DNA from: Chloroflexota bacterium
GTDB lineage: Bacteria; Chloroflexota; Limnocylindria; Limnocylindrales; CSP1-4
Assembly: GCA_003250155.1 (NCBI GenBank)
Contig: QKHE01000090.1
Location: 1-48,444, forward strand
Length of the DNA: 48,444 bases
Reading direction: 5' to 3'
Shown here: in pieces, positions 39,060 to 46,690 of the stretch
How the letters are laid out: each line of letters begins with the position of its first letter
Position numbering within the stretch: the first letter of the stretch is position 1
Position numbers and translations under genes: made by a program
The notes under the pieces: generated by a model
Databases searched by the model: none
Told to the model about the DNA's origin: nothing
The model's input: only the letters and a program-made list of their open reading frames with translations

Positions 39060-40112
39060 ATGGAGACCACGCCCGCGACCGCCCTCCGGCGCCGCGACCG
39101 GCTCGCGCGCGAGGCCGAGGAGGAGCGGCTGAGCCCGATCGCGACGCGCTCCTCGGCCAGCCGGGGACGGGTCCGCGAGGAGGCGCCGGACGAGTTCCGG
39201 ACCGCCTACGAGCGCGACCGGGATCGGATCATCCACGCCAAGGCGTTTCGCCGCCTCAAGCACAAGACGCAGGTCTTCCTCCATCCCGATGGCGACCACT
39301 TCATCACCCGCCTGACCCACACCCTCCAGGTGGCCCAGATCGCCCGCGCGCTGGCCGCGGCGCTCAGCCTCAACGAGCCGCTCGCCGAGACGATCGCGCT
39401 GGGTCACGACGTCGGCCACACGCCGTTCGGGCACACCGGCGAGGAGGCGCTGTCGCCGTACTTCCCGCCCGACGGCTGGCACCATGCCGCCCAGAGCGTC
39501 CGGGTCTTCGAGGTGCTCGAAGACCTGAACCTGAGCTGGGAGGTCCGCGACGGGATTCGGGCCCACTCCTGGCGGATCGAGCCGCCGCCCGCGACGCCGG
39601 AGGGCGCCTGCGTCCGCTATGCCGACCGCATCGCCTACCTGACCCACGACGCGCTCGACGCGATGCGGGCCGGCGTCCTGGCCGTGGACTCCTTCCCGCA
39701 CGCCGCGCTCGAGCGCTTCGGGCCGCCGGGCCGTGGCTGGATCGGCGAGATGATCGATTCGGTCGTCGAGCACTCGCTGCGGTCGGGCCGCGTCGAAATG
39801 GACGCGCCGACGCTGGCGGTCATGAACGACCTCCGGGCGTTCATGTTCGAACGCGTCTACCAGTCGGCCGAGCAGCGCCGCAAGCAGCGTGACGCGATCC
39901 GGGTCCTCCAGGACCTCATGGATCACCACATGGCCCACCCCGACGAGATCCCGAGCACGTTCCGCCAGCACGCCGCGCCGCTGACGGTCCAGGCGGCCGA
40001 CTACGTGGCCGGGATGACCGACCGCTACGCCCTCGCCGCCCATCACCGGATCAAGGGGCCGACCGCGGAGGCCACGGCGCTGCTCGCGGGCGTCGCGTCT
40101 GACGGCGACTGA
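39060..40112 (+). CDS. dgt: HD-domain dGTP triphosphohydrolase-like protein (short type)
   Basis: RDRDRIIHAKAFRRLKHKTQVF, TRLTHT, GHDVGHTPFGHTGE, ADRIAY, DYVAGMTDRYA. Start 39048 or 39060. Confidence 0.9.
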   Translation: METTPATALRRRDRLAREAEEERLSPIATRSSASRGRVREEAPDEFRTAYERDRDRIIHAKAFRRLKHKTQVFLHPDGDHFITRLTHTLQVAQIARALAAALSLNEPLAETIALGHDVGHTPFGHTGEEALSPYFPPDGWHHAAQSVRVFEVLEDLNLSWEVRDGIRAHSWRIEPPPATPEGACVRYADRIAYLTHDALDAMRAGVLAVDSFPHAALERFGPPGRGWIGEMIDSVVEHSLRSGRVEMDAPTLAVMNDLRAFMFERVYQSAEQRRKQRDAIRVLQDLMDHHMAHPDEIPSTFRQHAAPLTVQAADYVAGMTDRYALAAHHRIKGPTAEATALLAGVASDGD

Positions 40113-40324
40113 TCGCCCGGAGCGCCCGTGCCAGCGTGCCGGGCGTCGCGCCGACGAGCGGCCACACCGGAGAATCGCCGCCGCCGGGCTGTCTTCGCCC
40201 AGCGAGATGATTCGGGGTTATCAGGGGCGTACGGGCAGGGTATTCTGGGCCGGACCGTCGGGGTCGATCAGGCCCCACAGGCCGGGCCACGTCGTTCGTG
40301 CCCAACAACGTGGAGGAGGACCCC

Positions 40325-42055
40325 GTGCCCCTGACCAATACGTCGCGCGCGCGACGAAATCCCATGATCGCGGCGCTCGTCGTCGCGCTTGCGCTTCTGG
40401 TGCCGGCCGGAGTGGCTGCCGCACCGACAGTCCCGGGCCGCACGATCGACCTTCAGATCCTCGACGTCTCGGATTGGCACGGCCAGGTCGATCCCATCAG
40501 CGTCTTCGGTGTGGGTGATGTCGGTGGCGGCGCCGTGCTCAAAGCCTACTTCGATCAGGCACGTTCCGACTACCGCTACAACCTGACACTCACGGCCGGC
40601 GACGACGTTGGCGCGACGCCGCCGCTGTCGAACTATTTCGAGGACGTCCCGGCCATCCTGGCAGAGCGGATGATGGGCATCGAGGTCGGCACTCTCGGCA
40701 ACCACAACTTCGACTTCGGTCTTGAGCGGCTGCAAAGCCAGATCGACTTGGCGGGCTCTCCTGAGTCCTCGGTCCCGGGCACGCCGTTCAAGTACGTGAG
40801 CGCGAACCTCGAGAATCGCGATGACAACATCTCCGGCGTCGCCGACTATGCGATCTTCCGCTACGGCGGCGTCAAGGTGGCGGTCATCGGCGCAACGAAC
40901 GAGGAGGCGCCGTCGCTCAACTTCCCCGGGTCGATGGGCACGATGGTCCCGACCGACAGCGCGGCTGCCGTCATGGCCGCCAAGGCCGACGCCCGGAAGA
41001 AGGGTGCCAAGGTGTTCATCGCGATCACCCACAAGGGCGTCACGACCTTCAGCGGCGGTCAGCCACAGGGCGAGCTCATCGACTTCGCCAACGCCGTCTC
41101 CGGCTTCGATGTCATCTTCGGCGACCATACGGACATCCAGTTCTCCGGCATGGTCAACGGCCAGTACGTGGTCGAGAATCGTTCGAAGGGCCTGACCTTC
41201 TCGAAGACCGTCCTCACGATCAACCGCGGGACGGGTGACGTCCAGGGCATGTCCCATCAGTTTGTGACGCCCCTGGCGAGCGGGGTCACGCCCGACCCTG
41301 CCGTGCAGGCGATGCTGCAGCCGTACCGAGATCAGCTCGGGCCGATCTTCTCGACGATCGTCGGGGATGCGTCGGTCTTCATCCCCCGCGCGGACTCCTG
41401 CGGCGGCTCTACCGGTCGCCTCTGCGAATCCCTCATCGGCAACCTCATCACGGATGCGATGCGAGCGACCTACGGCACGCAGATCGCCCTGATGAACTCC
41501 GGGGGCATCCGCGCCAACCTGACGTGCCCGACGGTCGACAGCCCCACGGACTTCTGCCCGTCGTACACGCCGCCGCCGTATCCGATAACGCGCGGCCAGG
41601 TCAACACGGTGCTGCCGTTCGGGAACATCGGCGTCCGATTGACGCTCTCCGGCACGCAGCTGAAGGCGATGCTCGAGAACGCGGTGTTCGCCGCGCCAGC
41701 CGCCGATGGCCGGTTTGGGCAGGTCTCCGGCCTGTGCTTCGCGTTCGACATCCAGCAGGCCCCGGGCTCACGCGTCACCGGCGCCATCCTGCAGGCCGGT
41801 GACGGCACCTGTACGGGCGCGGCCGTCGACTTCACGGCGGCTGGTTCGTACACCTTCGCCACGAACGAGTTCGTGGCGGCCGGTGGCGACAGCTATCCGA
41901 TCCTGACCGGCTATGTCAGCTTCGGCTTCCTCGACCAGGATGTCTCGGACTGGCTGTCCGGTGCCGGTACGGTTTCGCCGGTCCTCCAGAGCCGAATCGT
42001 CTGTACCGACAGTGACCCCGGCAACGCGCCAGCGTGTCCGACCCCGCTGCCGTAG
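40325..42055 (+). CDS. Secreted 5'-nucleotidase / UshA-family metallophosphoesterase
   Basis: GGAGGAGG SD then GTG 40325; signal peptide; SDWHG, AGDD, GNHNFDFG, THKG, NSGGIRA, LPFGN, QVSG, GGDSY. Confidence 0.9.
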   Translation: MPLTNTSRARRNPMIAALVVALALLVPAGVAAAPTVPGRTIDLQILDVSDWHGQVDPISVFGVGDVGGGAVLKAYFDQARSDYRYNLTLTAGDDVGATPPLSNYFEDVPAILAERMMGIEVGTLGNHNFDFGLERLQSQIDLAGSPESSVPGTPFKYVSANLENRDDNISGVADYAIFRYGGVKVAVIGATNEEAPSLNFPGSMGTMVPTDSAAAVMAAKADARKKGAKVFIAITHKGVTTFSGGQPQGELIDFANAVSGFDVIFGDHTDIQFSGMVNGQYVVENRSKGLTFSKTVLTINRGTGDVQGMSHQFVTPLASGVTPDPAVQAMLQPYRDQLGPIFSTIVGDASVFIPRADSCGGSTGRLCESLIGNLITDAMRATYGTQIALMNSGGIRANLTCPTVDSPTDFCPSYTPPPYPITRGQVNTVLPFGNIGVRLTLSGTQLKAMLENAVFAAPAADGRFGQVSGLCFAFDIQQAPGSRVTGAILQAGDGTCTGAAVDFTAAGSYTFATNEFVAAGGDSYPILTGYVSFGFLDQDVSDWLSGAGTVSPVLQSRIVCTDSDPGNAPACPTPLP

Positions 42056-42078
42056 CGACGCATCAACCCGTCAGCGTG

Positions 42079-42105
42079 GAGGCCGGGCCCGTCGGGCCCG
42101 GCCTC
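42079..42105 (+). terminator. Intrinsic terminator-like hairpin after the nucleotidase
   Basis: GAGGCCGGGCCC-gtc-GGGCCCGGCCTC followed by TTCGATT. Confidence 0.7.
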
Positions 42106-42131
42106 TTCGATTCCTGGCCTACGATTCGCGT

Positions 42132-44102
42132 GTGACCCCAGCGCTCGAGGCGATCCTGCGCCGCCTGCCGACCCGCCCGGGCGTCTACCTGATGAAGGAC
42201 GCCGCCGGCCGGGTGATCTACGTCGGCAAGGCCCAGAACCTCCGCAACCGCGTTCGCAGCTACTGGCAGAAGGAGGCGCCGTCGATCGGTCAGCAGCTGG
42301 TCCGCTCCGCCGTCGACCGGATCGCCGACGTCGAGGTCACGATCACCGATTCGGTGTCCGAGGCGCTGCTCCTCGAGGGCAACCTGGTCAAGCGCTACCA
42401 GCCGCCGCTCAACGTCCGCTTGAAGGACGACAAGAGCTACCCGTACATCAAGATCACCTTGGCCGACGATTTCCCGCGGATCGAGCGGACGCGACGCCTG
42501 CCGAACGACGGCTCGCGCTACTTCGGGCCGTACGCCTCGGCGTCCAGCGTCGACGAGGCGATGAACCTCGTGCGCCGGCTGTTCCCGTTCCGGACCTGCA
42601 CGATCGAGATCCGCGACGGCGTCCGGGCCCTCCAGCGGCCCTGCCTGCTGTACCACATCAAGCGCTGCCAGGGGCCGTGCATCGAGGCCATCTCGAAGGA
42701 CGCCTACCGGGCCGACATCGAGCAGGTCGAGCTGTTCCTGGAGGGTCGCCAGGAATCACTGGTCCGGGCGCTGCGCGACGAGATGCGGCGCCAGTCCGAG
42801 CGCCAGGACTACGAGGCCGCGGCGGTATCACGCGACAAGATCCGGGCCATCGAACGGACGATGGAGAGCCAGAAGATGGCCGCCTTCGCGCGGACCGACC
42901 TCGATCTCGTCGGCTACGCCCGAAGCGACAACCAGGCGGCCGTGCAGCTGTTCGTCATCCGTGGCGGCAAGGCGCTCGGCCGCGATGTCTACCTCCTCGA
43001 CGCGCCGCGCGAGACGCCGGACGCGGAGGTCGTGTCCGGCTTCCTGCTGCAGTACTACGGCAGGGCGTCATCGATCCCGCCGGAGGTGGCGGTCCCGATC
43101 GCGCTCCCGGATGCCGAGGACCTTGAGCGGTTCCTCGCCGACCGACGCGGTGGGGTGGCCCTCGGCGGTGGGGCGGGGGAGACGGCGACGAGCCGCGTCG
43201 AGAACCTGACGGTTCCGCGGCCGGACGCGGTGCGGGTCACGCGCCGTCGCGCCCGGAGCGCGGGGGCACCCGCTCCCGTCCGGCTGGTCGTGCCGCAACG
43301 GGGTGAGCGGCGGCAGCTCGTGGCCCTCGCGACGCAGAACGCCGAGGAGACGCTCGCTCGCGAGCAGGCGCGCTGGCTGGCCGACCAGGGCAAGACGCTG
43401 GCTGCGCTGGAAGGGCTGGCCGAGGCGCTGGGCCTGCCGGGCATCCCGGCCCGCATCGAGTGCTATGACGTCTCGAACTTCCAGGGCGCCGAGACGGTCG
43501 CCTCGATGGTCGTCTTCGAGGACGGCAAGCCGCGCACGGGCGAGTACCGCCGCTTCCGGGTCCGAACGGTCGACGGTCCCAACGACGTCGCCTCGCACCG
43601 CGAGGTGCTGCGCCGTCGCTTCCGCGCCGCGCGGCCCGGCGACGAGGGCTCGGCCGAGGAGCGCCGTTGGGCGATGCCCGATCTCGTCCTGATCGACGGC
43701 GGCAAGCCGCAGGTGAGCGCTGCGAAGGGCGTCCTCGACGAGCTGGGACTGCACGACGTGCCGCTGGCCGGCATCGCCAAGGAGCGCGAGGAGCTGTTCG
43801 TCCCGGATCGCGCCGAGCCGATCGTGCTGCCGCCGACTTCGCCGGCGCTGTACCTCGTCCAGCGCGCCCGCGACGAGGCCCACCGCTTTGCGATCACCTA
43901 CCACCGTGACCTGCGCCGCAAGGCCTCGGTCCGCTCGAAGTTCGACGAGCTGCCGGGCGTCGGGCCACGGCGGCGGGGCGCACTGCTGCGCGTGTTCGGC
44001 TCGATGAAGCGGGTCCGCGAGGCGCCGGTCGAGCAGATCGCGGCCGTTCCCGGCATCGGCGCGGCCCTGGCCGCGCGCATCAAGGCCCACCTCGAGGCGT
44101 AG
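42132..44102 (+). CDS. uvrC: Excinuclease ABC subunit C
   Basis: GIY-YIG (PGVYLM..IYVGKA..LRNRVRSY), Cys cluster, UVR, RIECYDVSN, LIDGGK, RDEAHRFA, HhH. Start moved to GTG 42132, 6 nt after TACGAT. Confidence 0.97.
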   Translation: MTPALEAILRRLPTRPGVYLMKDAAGRVIYVGKAQNLRNRVRSYWQKEAPSIGQQLVRSAVDRIADVEVTITDSVSEALLLEGNLVKRYQPPLNVRLKDDKSYPYIKITLADDFPRIERTRRLPNDGSRYFGPYASASSVDEAMNLVRRLFPFRTCTIEIRDGVRALQRPCLLYHIKRCQGPCIEAISKDAYRADIEQVELFLEGRQESLVRALRDEMRRQSERQDYEAAAVSRDKIRAIERTMESQKMAAFARTDLDLVGYARSDNQAAVQLFVIRGGKALGRDVYLLDAPRETPDAEVVSGFLLQYYGRASSIPPEVAVPIALPDAEDLERFLADRRGGVALGGGAGETATSRVENLTVPRPDAVRVTRRRARSAGAPAPVRLVVPQRGERRQLVALATQNAEETLAREQARWLADQGKTLAALEGLAEALGLPGIPARIECYDVSNFQGAETVASMVVFEDGKPRTGEYRRFRVRTVDGPNDVASHREVLRRRFRAARPGDEGSAEERRWAMPDLVLIDGGKPQVSAAKGVLDELGLHDVPLAGIAKEREELFVPDRAEPIVLPPTSPALYLVQRARDEAHRFAITYHRDLRRKASVRSKFDELPGVGPRRRGALLRVFGSMKRVREAPVEQIAAVPGIGAALAARIKAHLEA

Positions 44103-44145
44103 CCCGCCCGGCGTTCACCGCAACGCGCCTGTATCATGCCGCCTC

Positions 44146-45534
44146 GTGCGCAGAGCCGGGCTTCTCTTCATCGCCGTCGTCGGCGTCCTCGCCCTCATCG
44201 TCGACTTCTGGCCGAACCTCAGCCTGCCGAGCTTCTCGCAGGACGGCGGCAATCGCCTGATCGAGACGAAGCTCGGCCTGGACCTGCAGGGTGGCCTGAA
44301 GGTCGAGTACCGCGTCGTGCCGACCGGCGACCGCAGCCCGACCCTTGCCGACACCGAGGTGGTCAAGCAGATCATCGAGCGGCGGGTGAACGCCCTCGGC
44401 GTGTCCGAGCCGGTCGTCCTGACCTCGGGCGACGACCGCATCGTCGTCGAGGTGCCCGGCGAAACCGACACCGACGCCGTTCGGCGGCTCGTCGGCCAGA
44501 CCGGCCTGCTCGAGTTCGTGCCGCTGCCGTCGAGCAGCTACGGGACCTCGTTCTCGCCCGGGCCGCAGCAGGCCGTCGAGGGCCAGCCGCTGCCGACGCA
44601 GGAGCAGCCGCTGTTCACCGGCACGGAGATCCAGAGCGCGAACGTCGGCAGCGACCAGCAGGGCCGCCGGACCGTCAACTTCGTCCTCAAGTCGAACGGC
44701 GCCCAGCTCTTCAGCGACTACACGGCGGCCCACGTCAACGAGTTCTTCGCCATCGTCCTCGACGATCGCGTCATCTCGGCGCCGTCCATCAACGGTCCGA
44801 TTCCCGGTGGCAACGTCCAGATCACCTCCGGCAACGCGATCGGTGGATTCCCGCGCGCGGAGGCCGAGAACCTCGTCAACGTGCTGCGCTTCGGCTCGCT
44901 GCCGTTCCCGGTCGAGGAGCTGGCATCCGACACGATCGACCCGACGCTCGGCGCCGAGTTCCTGGCCAAGAGCCTGTTCGCCGGCGGTATCGCGATCCTG
45001 CTGGTGATCCTGTTCATGCTGCTGCACTACCGGATGCCGGGGGCGATCGCCTCGTTCGCGCTCCTCTACTACACGATCCTCGTCCTGGCCCTGTTCCGGC
45101 TCATCCCGGTCACGCTGACCCTCGCCGGCATCGCCGGCTTCGTGCTCAGCGTCGGCATGGCCGTCGACGCCAACATCCTGATCTTCGAGCGCACCAAGGA
45201 GGAGCTGCGGCTCGGCAAGAGCCTGCCCCAGGCGATCGAAGCCGGCTTCGCCCGGGCCTGGAACTCGATCCTCGACTCGAATGTGTCGAGCCTGATCACC
45301 GCATCGATCCTGTTCCTGTTCGGCAGCTCGGTCATCCAGGGCTTCGCGCTGGTCCTGATCATCGGCGTCCTGACCTCGATGTTCACCGCGATCACGGTGA
45401 CCCGCCGCATCCTGCGGATCGTGGTCGGGCAGGGCTGGGCCCAGCGGGCATGGCTGTACGGCATCGCCGAGGGGGAGCTGACCGCGCGGCCCGGCCGCCG
45501 GATGGGCCTGCGGGGTGAGGCGCGCGGTGTTTGA
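44146..45534 (+). CDS. secD: Protein translocase subunit SecD
   Basis: KLGLDLQGG, RRVNALGVSEP, AIVLD, LRFGSLP, TLAGIAG, GMAVDANILIFER, DSN. Confidence 0.96.
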   Translation: MRRAGLLFIAVVGVLALIVDFWPNLSLPSFSQDGGNRLIETKLGLDLQGGLKVEYRVVPTGDRSPTLADTEVVKQIIERRVNALGVSEPVVLTSGDDRIVVEVPGETDTDAVRRLVGQTGLLEFVPLPSSSYGTSFSPGPQQAVEGQPLPTQEQPLFTGTEIQSANVGSDQQGRRTVNFVLKSNGAQLFSDYTAAHVNEFFAIVLDDRVISAPSINGPIPGGNVQITSGNAIGGFPRAEAENLVNVLRFGSLPFPVEELASDTIDPTLGAEFLAKSLFAGGIAILLVILFMLLHYRMPGAIASFALLYYTILVLALFRLIPVTLTLAGIAGFVLSVGMAVDANILIFERTKEELRLGKSLPQAIEAGFARAWNSILDSNVSSLITASILFLFGSSVIQGFALVLIIGVLTSMFTAITVTRRILRIVVGQGWAQRAWLYGIAEGELTARPGRRMGLRGEARGV

Positions 45535-46648
45535 CATCATCGGCAAGAAGCGCTGGTACTTCGCCTTCTCGCTGCTGGTCACGATCCCGGGCCTGCTGTT
45601 CATCCTGCTGACCCCCGCGAGCGGCGGCCAGGTCGGCCTGAAGTTCTCCATCGACTACACCGGCGGGACGGAGTGGTCGATCCGCTTCGAGGACCCGAAC
45701 GTCGCGGCGGACGAGGTCCAGGCCGCGCTCGTGGGACTGGGCCAGCCCGAGGCCGTCGTCACGCGAACCGGCCGCGGCTTCTTCGACATCCGGATGACGT
45801 CGCTCGACCTGCGCGAGATCCCGCCGGCCCCGGAGCCGACGGCGCTCCCCAGCCCGACCCCGTCCGCCCCGCCCGGGGCATCGCCATCGCCGACGCCCGA
45901 GCCGACCCCGACGCCCGAGCCGACGGCCACGCCGGAACCGACGCCCGCCGCGACGCCTGCCTTCCCCGGCGCCGACCCGCGGGTGCCGTCACAGGGCGAG
46001 ATCGGCGCCATCGCGCTCGGGCTCCAGGAGCAGTTCGGGCCGATCGTCGAGCAGGCCAAGCTCAGCTCGATCGGCGCCGTGGTCAGCTCCGACCTGATCC
46101 AGCAGGCGATCATCCTGATCTTCGTCGGCTCGATCGGCATCCTGCTGTGGATCACGGTCCGCTTCCGTGACGTCAAGTTCGGGGCGACGGCGCTCGTGGC
46201 GCTGCTTCACGACGTCATCGTCGTGATCGGCATCTTCGCGATCCTCGGCACCGTCTTCGGCGTCCAGATCGACGGCCTGTTCGTGACCGCGATGCTGACC
46301 GTCATCGGCTTCAGCGTCCATGACACGATCGTCGTCTTCGACCGCATCCGCGAGAACCGCGCGCGCCACGTCGGCGAGCCGTTCGCCGAGATCGTCAACC
46401 ACTCGATCCTGCAGACGTTCGGGCGCTCGATCACGACCAGCTTCACGGTCGTCCTGACCCTGACGGCGCTCCTGCTGTTCGGCGGCGAGGCCATCAACGA
46501 GTTCGTGCTGGCCCTGCTGATCGGCGTGATCTCGGGGACCTACTCGTCGATCTTCAACGCGTCCCCGCTCCTCGTCGTGTGGCAGGAGTGGGAGGACCGG
46601 CGACGGGGCCGGCTGCAGCCGCGGACCCGGCGCCGCCCGGCGACCTGA
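45527..46648 (+). CDS. secF: Protein translocase subunit SecF
   Basis: SIDYTGG, ALLHDV, LTVIGFSVHDTIVVFDRIREN, RSITTS, GTYSSIF. GTG 45527 overlaps the secD end. Confidence 0.96.
   Translation: MFDIIGKKRWYFAFSLLVTIPGLLFILLTPASGGQVGLKFSIDYTGGTEWSIRFEDPNVAADEVQAALVGLGQPEAVVTRTGRGFFDIRMTSLDLREIPPAPEPTALPSPTPSAPPGASPSPTPEPTPTPEPTATPEPTPAATPAFPGADPRVPSQGEIGAIALGLQEQFGPIVEQAKLSSIGAVVSSDLIQQAIILIFVGSIGILLWITVRFRDVKFGATALVALLHDVIVVIGIFAILGTVFGVQIDGLFVTAMLTVIGFSVHDTIVVFDRIRENRARHVGEPFAEIVNHSILQTFGRSITTSFTVVLTLTALLLFGGEAINEFVLALLIGVISGTYSSIFNASPLLVVWQEWEDRRRGRLQPRTRRRPAT
45820..45960 (+). repeat. Imperfect Pro-Thr/Pro-Glu coding repeats within secF
   Basis: CCGACGCCCGAG-like units encode PAPEPTALPSPTPSAPPGASPSPTPEPTPTPEPTATPEPTPAATP. 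Confidence 0.7.
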
Positions 46649-46690
46649 CCGCGTAAGCGGCGGTGCGACGCGCCGTGACATCCTGACGAG

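Noticed and set aside
39060-40112. dGTPase as an anti-phage defence gene
   Set aside because: Short housekeeping-like form with host codon usage and no defence or mobile neighbours; only a phylogeny could reopen this.
8170-41913. Apparent fusions or N-terminal extensions in the ORF track (starts 8170, 8636, 13756, 15963, 20988, 29327, 30172, 32127, 35394, 41913)
   Set aside because: Artefacts of taking the first possible start; overlap codons, SD sites or -10 spacing give shorter, family-typical starts.
45820-45960. Tandem repeats as CRISPR or non-coding array
   Set aside because: In-frame imperfect Pro/Thr codon repeats inside secF; no spacers and no cas genes.
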